DNA of 64,000 bases from an uncultured delta proteobacterium (lineage in GTDB: Bacteria > Myxococcota_A > Polyangia > Polyangiales > Houyiibacteriaceae), in NCBI GenBank assembly GCA_963699755.1, contig CAVOVB010000010.1:64001-128000 (forward strand). Direction: 5' to 3'. Shown in pieces: positions 57,456 to 64,000 of this stretch. How positions within the stretch are numbered: position 1 is the first letter of the stretch; every line of letters starts with the position of its first letter. Position numbers and translations under genes: made by a program. The notes below the pieces were generated by a model. The model had not been told where the DNA came from. It did not search any database and saw nothing but the letters and a program-made list of their open reading frames with translations.

Positions 57456-57755
57456 ATGAATAGCAAACAGAGCAAGGCCCCCCCTCCCCACTGGACTTTC
57501 CTAAGCAATCACGGACACGTGCTGGTTTGCATCGCACGGGACCAAAACGTTCGAGTCCGCGAGATCGCGCAAGCCGTCGGCCTGACCGAGCGCGCCGTAC
57601 AGAGAATCCTGCGCGAGCTGGAGGAGGCCGGCGTGATGGTCCGAACGCGCCAAGGGCGCCGCACCCACTATGAGCTCAACGAGCGCCTCCCCCTACGCCA
57701 CCCGATCGAGGCGCAGCACTCGGTCGGCGAGCTCGTTCGGGCCGTTCGGTCGTAG
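57456..57755 (+). CDS. Winged-helix transcriptional regulator (WTFLxNH family, ArsR/AsnC/MarR-like)
   Basis: WTFLSNHGHVL, REIA..VGLTERAVQRI, R.GRR..Y, LRHP.E; divergent from the ABC gene. Confidence 0.9.
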   Translation: MNSKQSKAPPPHWTFLSNHGHVLVCIARDQNVRVREIAQAVGLTERAVQRILRELEEAGVMVRTRQGRRTHYELNERLPLRHPIEAQHSVGELVRAVRS

Positions 57756-57802
57756 GGGATTGACGTCCCAGGCGTCCACCCCATCGAGGTAGTGCGGATA
57801 GC

Positions 57803-58255
57803 GTGATCATTCTTCTCTCTCAAGTCGCGACCACCTGGGCGATGACGGGCATCATCTGGTTCGTCCAACTGGTGCAGTATCCGTCATTCGCTCACATCGA
57901 CAGAGCGTCCTTCCCGGCGTTTCACAGCCATCATTCGACCGCGATTTCGTTCATCGTCGCGCCGCTGATGCTCGTCGAAGCCGTTACGGCGCTTGCATTT
58001 CTGTGGTCGCCGCTCCGCGTTCAGACCTCATGGCAGATCTGGCTCGGAATTGGGTTGGTCGCAGTCGTCTGGGCGTCGACTTTTCTGCTTCAGGTGCCCG
58101 CGCACAGCCGACTGGGCTCTGGCTTCGACCAAGACAATTGGCGCATGCTGGTCAGCTCCAACTGGGTCAGAACGATCGCCTGGTCCGTACGAGCCGCGCT
58201 GGTGACTTACTGGCTTTACTTGACTCTCGACGCCGGGAAGCGAATGGGTGTTTAG
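57803..58255 (+). CDS. Conserved 4-TM membrane protein
   Basis: GIIWFVQLVQYP.F, IVAPLML.E, STF..QVP.H, NW.RT..W. Confidence 0.75.
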   Translation: MIILLSQVATTWAMTGIIWFVQLVQYPSFAHIDRASFPAFHSHHSTAISFIVAPLMLVEAVTALAFLWSPLRVQTSWQIWLGIGLVAVVWASTFLLQVPAHSRLGSGFDQDNWRMLVSSNWVRTIAWSVRAALVTYWLYLTLDAGKRMGV

Positions 58256-59187
58256 CGCCGCACCGCGCGGAACTCCACGCCCAGGCTCACGGTGATGAAA
58301 TGGAGCCAGTTCTTGGTGTAGCCGTCGCTCCCCGGGTCCGGGTTGCTGTTTGTTCCAACGGCGCCCCCACCCAAGTAGCGCAGGTTGAAGAAGCCCGCGA
58401 CGCGGTCGGTGAAGTCGTAGCCCACCCGAAGGCTCGCATCGAGCAAGGCGCCGGTGATCTCCTCGCTGCTTCCATTGATGCCGCTGATCGGTGCATAGAT
58501 CCCGTCGATTTCGGTCCCCCACCAGACACCGCTGTCAAAGCCCCAGCGGCCGCGGAATTTGAGTGCCGGCACCGGCCCAATGTTGCGCCGATCAGCACGC
58601 AGGGTTCCGTCCGCCGAGGTGAAGGTGATGGTGGAGTTTCTGATTTGAAGCGAAAAGCCGATCGATACCTCATCGCCTGAGCGCCGGAGGAAGTCGTAGA
58701 GGTAGCTGATTCGCCAGAACGGGAACAAGTAACTCGAGTTCAGCGGCGTTCCGGCCGGGAAGACCTCTTCGTCGAAGGTGGTTTCCTGACTCAGCACCGT
58801 CTCCCCGGTGAGCTTCAGTGGCTGATAGAGGAACACGATCGCGTGGCGACCTTTGAACTTCAAATCCGTGCTGAGCCGGAAGAAAGGAAAGAGCACATCC
58901 TGGCCGCCGTCATCGCGATAGTCGAACCGCGTCCCCTCGTTGCCCAGCTGCACGATATGACTGGCGACGGCGAGGAAGCCGAGCTCGGCTCCGAGGAACC
59001 ACTCGACCTTGGGGGGCTTTTCGAGCGTCGCCTTGTACTTCGCGGCGATGTGGCTCTCGTCGACGGGGGCAATCTGGTAACTTGCCTGGTCGCTCCCGTT
59101 GTCCTGAGCAAGAGCGGACGGCGAAAGCAGGGAAGAAAGGAGCATGGCGGGCAACCAAGCTCGGGGGGGTCTTCGTTTTCCATTCAT
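58252..59187 (-). CDS. Exported protein, probable outer-membrane beta-barrel
   Basis: Signal peptide, alternating amphipathic beta-strands with aromatics, C-terminal VSLGVEF. Confidence 0.65.
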   Translation of the reverse strand: MNGKRRPPRAWLPAMLLSSLLSPSALAQDNGSDQASYQIAPVDESHIAAKYKATLEKPPKVEWFLGAELGFLAVASHIVQLGNEGTRFDYRDDGGQDVLFPFFRLSTDLKFKGRHAIVFLYQPLKLTGETVLSQETTFDEEVFPAGTPLNSSYLFPFWRISYLYDFLRRSGDEVSIGFSLQIRNSTITFTSADGTLRADRRNIGPVPALKFRGRWGFDSGVWWGTEIDGIYAPISGINGSSEEITGALLDASLRVGYDFTDRVAGFFNLRYLGGGAVGTNSNPDPGSDGYTKNWLHFITVSLGVEFRAVRR

Positions 59188-59258
59188 TTGCGGGCTAAGG
59201 TAACATGAGAAGCGCTGAGCCCCTGCCGTTGCTCGCTCGCGGCCCTAGAGCCACTGCG

Positions 59259-60737
59259 ATGAGAAATCCCGACGTCGTCGTGATTGGGGCTGGTTTTGGA
59301 GGCCTTGCGGCCGCCCTGCGTCTTGCAGAGCGAGGTGCCGACGTCGTTCTCTGCGAGACCCTGCGCTATCCGGGAGGCTGCGCGAGCACCTTCACTCGGA
59401 GCGGCTACCAGTTTGAAGCAGGTGCGACTCTGTTTTCCGGCCTGGGCGAAGGGCAGCTTTTCTCGAGCTGGAACGACAAGTGGGACCTCGGCGTCCGCTT
59501 CGACCCGCTCGACCCGATCGTCGAGCTTCGAACCCAACAATGGTCGCTCGCCATCCCCCAGAACCCTGAGTCATTCGTGTGCCGGTTCGGCGAACTGCCC
59601 GGCGCCGACCGAGAGGCCGTGCGCGGATTCTTTGGCACGCAGCGCCGAGTGGCGGACGCACTCTGGAAGCTCTTCGAGGACCCGAGCCTTCTCCCGCCAC
59701 TGAGCGGCAGCGCTGTCCTGCGACACCTCGGTCGATCGTTGTCCTACGGTCCGGTCGTCCGATGGATGGGCCGGCCTCTTTCCGACGTCGTCGCGAGTCA
59801 CGATCTCGAAGGCTGGGAGCCGCTTCGCGTCTACCTAGACGCCGTCAGTCAAATCACGGTGCAGGCTAGCTCTGCGGAGGCCGAAGCGCCGTTTGCCATG
59901 GCCGCGGTCGACTACTTTTTTCGCGGAACCGGGCACGTGCGCGGCGGGATTGGAAGCCTCGCCTGGGGTTTGACCGAAGCGATCAGGCGCGCGGGCGGCA
60001 GGGTTTCACTGGCCAATCGGGTTCGGGGGCTGCGCCGCGAAGGGACAGCTTGGCGCGTCGACACCCGAAACGGTGAGCTGCGCGCACGAACCGTCGTCGC
60101 CAACGTATTGCCCCATTCGCTTCCGGAAATGATCAGGCCCCAGCTAAACGGAGCACTCGACGACGTGGAAGCGGCGGTCGAGTCGGGCTGGGGTGCCGCG
60201 ATGCTCTACCTCGCCGTCGAATCCGACGCGGTGTTCGGACCGGATGCCCAGCACCTGCAGCTCGTGGATGATGAAACCGCTCCGTTCATCGAGGGCAATC
60301 ATGTCTTCTGCTCGATCAGCGCAGCGAACGAGCGTGAACGGGCACCTAGGGGAGAGCGAACCGCGACCATTTCCACGCACGTCCCGATGCAGAAGCTTCG
60401 CAAGCTTTTGGCAGAAGACCAAGGCGCCTACATTGCGGAGATCCAAAGCCGAATGCGAGAGACCATTCGCCGGCGCGCACCCGAGCTTCTCGACCACGCA
60501 ACGTTCGAGATGACCGCGAGCCCTCGCACCTTCGCTCGGTTCACGGGCCGACACCTGGGTTACGTCGGAGGCGTGCCGCGGCGCGTTGGCTGGAAACACT
60601 ATCGTCCACGTGCGCTCTGGCCTCGAGAGGCCGCGCCGGGCTTGTACCTCGTCGGTGACTCGGTGCTCCTCGGACAAAGCACGCTCGCCGTAGCACTCGG
60701 CGGTGTGCGCACAGCGGAGGCGATCTCGAGCTCCTAG
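59259..60737 (+). CDS. Phytoene desaturase family FAD oxidoreductase (CrtD/CrtH-like)
   Basis: VIGAGFGG, PGGCASTF.R.GY.FEAGAT, RAP.GE.T, SPRTF.RFT....G.VGG, LYLVGDS; resembles cyanobacterial C-3',4' desaturase CrtD. Confidence 0.85.
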   Translation: MRNPDVVVIGAGFGGLAAALRLAERGADVVLCETLRYPGGCASTFTRSGYQFEAGATLFSGLGEGQLFSSWNDKWDLGVRFDPLDPIVELRTQQWSLAIPQNPESFVCRFGELPGADREAVRGFFGTQRRVADALWKLFEDPSLLPPLSGSAVLRHLGRSLSYGPVVRWMGRPLSDVVASHDLEGWEPLRVYLDAVSQITVQASSAEAEAPFAMAAVDYFFRGTGHVRGGIGSLAWGLTEAIRRAGGRVSLANRVRGLRREGTAWRVDTRNGELRARTVVANVLPHSLPEMIRPQLNGALDDVEAAVESGWGAAMLYLAVESDAVFGPDAQHLQLVDDETAPFIEGNHVFCSISAANERERAPRGERTATISTHVPMQKLRKLLAEDQGAYIAEIQSRMRETIRRRAPELLDHATFEMTASPRTFARFTGRHLGYVGGVPRRVGWKHYRPRALWPREAAPGLYLVGDSVLLGQSTLAVALGGVRTAEAISSS

Positions 60738-60761
60738 AAGCGCGGTCGGCCTCCGGGACGG

Positions 60762-62717
60762 CTATACCTGCAACCAGACCGCGCGATGATGCTCCAAGAC
60801 GAGGCCATCGACCAGAGCGACCCCCTCCCCGCGTAGATGGTCGAAGGCTTCCCCTTCGGGGGCCCAGGGCAAGATGAATCTAGCGTCCAAGCGTTGGGTG
60901 GCTTCCGAGAAATTCGCCACGACCAGCAGGCGCTGCCCCGCATGCGATCGCAAGTAGCCGAAGAGATGAGAATTGCCGGTGTCGACGACCTCCATGCCAC
61001 CGTCGTAGAGAGCCGGGAGCTGTTTTCGGAGCCGGAACAGCTTCGAGGTCTCGCGGAAGAATCGCCACTCGATGGTGTCGAGGTCTGCTAGATCCTCCTG
61101 GGCCTCCCATCGCTTTCGGCAGCGATGGACCCAACGGCTGTCGTTGACCTTCCGCGGGTCCTGGAGGTATGTATAGTCGTTGATCATTCCGTACTCGTCA
61201 CCCGCGTAGAGAAGCGGGAGGCCGCCGATGCTCACCTGGATCCCCATGAGCAGGGTGATTCGACGTACGGCGCGTTCGATCAGCTCGCTATCAGCGCGCT
61301 CGAGCGCTTCCTCGAGGCCCGCGAGCGAGGATAGCGTACCGGCGACGCGGACATCACCCGTGAGGGCATTCTCCTGAAACTTCGTTCCTCGCGCGTAGGA
61401 CCCGGTGAACTCGCCTGTGTAGAATCGGTTCAAGAAGCGACGATGGGCGGCGGGGTCGATGCCGACGCTGCGGGCGTCGTTGTCGTCGAAGGTCCATCCT
61501 ATGTCGTCGTGGCAGCGCAAGTAGTTCACCCAGGCGCAACCGTCCGGAAGCCGGTAGCGAGTCCGCATCGAGTGCTCGAGGAGGCGCACATCCTGGGTCG
61601 CCAGTGCTTCCCAAAGTAGCGCCATGAGAAGCGGATTGTAGGAGAGCTGGCATTCCTCGGGGTGGACGTAGCGGATCACCTGGTTCGGGTGAACGATGGC
61701 CTCCGACTTGAAGAGCAACGCCGGCGCCGCGATTCGGGCGATGGCGTTGAACGCTCGGATGATCGTGTGCGCCTCTGGCTGGTTCTCGCAGTCGGTACCA
61801 AGTCGCTTCCAGAGAAAAGCGACCGCGTCGAGCCGCAAGATTTCCACGCCGCGATTCGCGAGAAACAACATCTCCTCGGCCATCGCGCGAAAGACCTCTG
61901 CGTTGGCGTAATTCAAGTCCCATTGGTAGCTGTTGAACGTGGTCCACACCCAGCGCTCGAGCTGCTCGTTCCAGGTGAAGCTGCCCCTGCGCAGTTCGGG
62001 GAAGATGTCTCGCAGGTAGCGCTGAAATTGATCGGGGAGCTCGCGGTCGGGGAAGGTGAAGTAGAATCCCATGAAGTCTGGATCACCGGACTTCGCCCGT
62101 AGCGCCCACTCGTGCTCGTCAGAGGTGTGGTTGAACACGAGGTCGAGCACGACGCTGATGCCCTGTTCACGCAGCACCGCCGTCGCTTCCTCGAGCTCGT
62201 CCATGGTACCGAGGTCGGGATTGATCGAGCGGTAGTCACTGACGGCATAGCCCCCGTCGTTCTCGCCGTGGGGTGAAACGAAGAGCGGCATCAGGTGTAG
62301 ATAGGTGAGCCCCAGCTTCTTGAAGTATGGGATGTGGTCCTTGAGCTTGGCCAACTGGTCGCTGAAGAGATCGACGTAAAGGACGATTCCGACCATCTCC
62401 TGCGACTGAAACCAGTTAGGATCGGCTTCGCGTGTCTCATCGAGGCGACGCAAGGGCTCGGAACGCTCCAACCAAGACAGAATCAGCGAGCGAAGAACGC
62501 GCTCCAGTGTGTAGTGGAAATCGTATTGCCAGCCATAGAGCTCGTGCAGATACGAAAACAAGCGCTCCCATTCGCGATCGAGGCGCTTTTTGAAGAGCTG
62601 CCAGTCGGGCGCCACTGGCTCCAGTCGCTTGGCAAAGGTCTCCTCGAGCTCGGGGAGCAAGCGCCGGAGCGACTTGCGGGCCTGCTCCGGCTTCCAGTCA
62701 TGTCCCCCATTGCTCAC
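60762..62717 (-). CDS. ams: Amylosucrase (GH13_4)
   Basis: LTYLHLMP, DGGYAV, NHTSDEH.WA, QWDLNY, RLDAVAF, FKSEAIVHP, RCHDDIGW, DSRWVHR; GTGA overlap with the glgB stop. Confidence 0.9.
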   Translation of the reverse strand: MSNGGHDWKPEQARKSLRRLLPELEETFAKRLEPVAPDWQLFKKRLDREWERLFSYLHELYGWQYDFHYTLERVLRSLILSWLERSEPLRRLDETREADPNWFQSQEMVGIVLYVDLFSDQLAKLKDHIPYFKKLGLTYLHLMPLFVSPHGENDGGYAVSDYRSINPDLGTMDELEEATAVLREQGISVVLDLVFNHTSDEHEWALRAKSGDPDFMGFYFTFPDRELPDQFQRYLRDIFPELRRGSFTWNEQLERWVWTTFNSYQWDLNYANAEVFRAMAEEMLFLANRGVEILRLDAVAFLWKRLGTDCENQPEAHTIIRAFNAIARIAAPALLFKSEAIVHPNQVIRYVHPEECQLSYNPLLMALLWEALATQDVRLLEHSMRTRYRLPDGCAWVNYLRCHDDIGWTFDDNDARSVGIDPAAHRRFLNRFYTGEFTGSYARGTKFQENALTGDVRVAGTLSSLAGLEEALERADSELIERAVRRITLLMGIQVSIGGLPLLYAGDEYGMINDYTYLQDPRKVNDSRWVHRCRKRWEAQEDLADLDTIEWRFFRETSKLFRLRKQLPALYDGGMEVVDTGNSHLFGYLRSHAGQRLLVVANFSEATQRLDARFILPWAPEGEAFDHLRGEGVALVDGLVLEHHRAVWLQV

Positions 62718-64000
62718 CGGGCCGTCTCGGACACTGGCGCCAGCACCAAGGCCGTGCGCGACGGGAGGTAGAGGCTCAGGAAGTGGCGCTGGATTCTGTC
62801 CGGCAGCGCATGATGAGAGATGTCGGAGGCCTGTCGGCTGAATCCGCCGTACTCGGGCCGATCCGTGTCGAGGACGGTGCGGTAGGCACCTGGCGCCGCC
62901 GGGATCCTGTAGTCGGTGAAGGAGCGACTCGGATGAAAGTTCATCGCAAACACCAGCCCGCCGCGCAGCCAAGCGAGGACCTTGGTCTCGTCGTCGCTGT
63001 GAAGAAGAAACTCATCTTTTCCATCCGGGATGCCGTAGCTCCGCGCCAAGCCGATCAAGTCGTGGTCGAAGGCCGCAAGGTGGCGGTAGCGCAGCTTCTC
63101 GTCGTCTGCCAATGGCCACTGGCGCCGGGCATGTGCATAGGACCAATGGTTCCCTTCGCGGGGAAAGTCGATCCACTCGGGGTGCCCGAACTCGTTGCCC
63201 ATGAAGTTGAGATACCCGTGGCCCGCGGTTCCCAGAGTGGCCAGGCGAATCATCTTGTGCAAGGCGATACCGCGCTCGACCGCGAGGTCTTCGTTCGTGA
63301 TCGACATGCCATCGTACATGCGTGGCCCGAGGAGGCGGAAGATGAGCGTCTGATCCCCGACCAAGGCCTGGTCGTGGGACTCCGCGTAGCTGATGGTGGG
63401 CTCACCGCGCCGGCGGTTGGTCAGCTCGTACCAGAGCTCTCCGATCGACCAACTCTCGTCGGGCACGTCCTTGGTGAGCTCGATCCATGTGTCGGCGATG
63501 CCCATGGCAAATCGGTAGTCGAAGCCTGCACCGCCTTCGGCGAACGGCAGTGCCAGCCCCGGGAACCCCGATACGTCCTCCGCTATCGTCACCGCATCCG
63601 GATGGAGCTCGTGAATCAGCTCATTGGCGAGGGTCAGGTAGGTCAGCGCGTCCTCGTCGACCCCCGGACCGAAATAATCGTCGTAGCTCGTGAAGACACG
63701 GCTCAAGCCGTGGTCCAGGTAGAGCATGCTCGTGACACCGTCGAATCGGAACCCGTCGACCCGAAACTCGTCCATCCAGAACCTGCAGTTCGAAAGCAGG
63801 AAGTGGAGCACTTGGGGCTTGGCGTAGTCGAAGCAACGCGAATTCCAGGCGGGGTGCTCGCCGCGTGGTCCTTCGTGAAAGTACAGGCTCGGGGAGCCGT
63901 CCTGAGACGAGATCCCTTCGACCTCGTTTCGGACGGCGTGCGAATGAACCAAGTCCATGAACACGCGAAGCCCCATCCCGTGCGCATCGTCGACCAAGGC
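62714..64000 (-). CDS. glgB: 1,4-alpha-glucan branching enzyme (GH13_8 type), 5' end outside window
   Basis: MDLVHSHA, DGFRFDGVTSMLY, AEDVSG, YAESHDQALVGD.T, LNFMGNEFGHPEWIDFPREGN. Confidence 0.95.
   Translation of the reverse strand, partial: ALVDDAHGMGLRVFMDLVHSHAVRNEVEGISSQDGSPSLYFHEGPRGEHPAWNSRCFDYAKPQVLHFLLSNCRFWMDEFRVDGFRFDGVTSMLYLDHGLSRVFTSYDDYFGPGVDEDALTYLTLANELIHELHPDAVTIAEDVSGFPGLALPFAEGGAGFDYRFAMGIADTWIELTKDVPDESWSIGELWYELTNRRRGEPTISYAESHDQALVGDQTLIFRLLGPRMYDGMSITNEDLAVERGIALHKMIRLATLGTAGHGYLNFMGNEFGHPEWIDFPREGNHWSYAHARRQWPLADDEKLRYRHLAAFDHDLIGLARSYGIPDGKDEFLLHSDDETKVLAWLRGGLVFAMNFHPSRSFTDYRIPAAPGAYRTVLDTDRPEYGGFSRQASDISHHALPDRIQRHFLSLYLPSRTALVLAPVSETAR

Noticed and set aside
59259..60737. 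Carotenoid biosynthesis cluster
   Set aside because: Only a single CrtD/CrtH-like gene; no crtE/crtB/crtI/crtY in the window, so no gene symbol was assigned.

Overview
GC-rich bacterial chromosomal segment that is almost entirely coding (about 63 CDS). Gene style suggests a Myxococcota/deltaproteobacterial genome, which is inference only. I found no rRNA, tRNA, CRISPR array, integrase or transposase. Housekeeping content: TPP riboswitch-thiC, ftsEX plus an M23/EnvC-like gene, panBC, pcm, a PEP synthase/PPDK regulatory protein, mesaconyl-CoA hydratase, and amylosucrase with glgB. Accessory content: an alkyl sulfatase/sulfotransferase/dehydrogenase operon; a DUF6206-like kinase-fold gene coupled to a class III aminotransferase; a sigma54-driven hydrolase operon; and a block of exported enzymes (animal-type heme peroxidase, methyltransferase, serpin, Notum-like esterase, penicillin acylase). 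The 42.7-60.7 kb region carries many genes typical of photo-oxidative/lipid-stress clusters. Best candidates for undescribed systems: (1) a CarH/CarA-like 11-bp TnnACA repeat operator driving two micro-membrane proteins, an ABC1-like pseudokinase and a SOUL heme protein; (2) a type I secretion-like ABC-HlyD-TolC module with a degenerate ATPase, next to a WTFLxNH regulator and near a SulP transporter; (3) a 44-aa, extremely basic small protein missing from the ORF track. All family assignments come from motif recognition by eye, not database searches.
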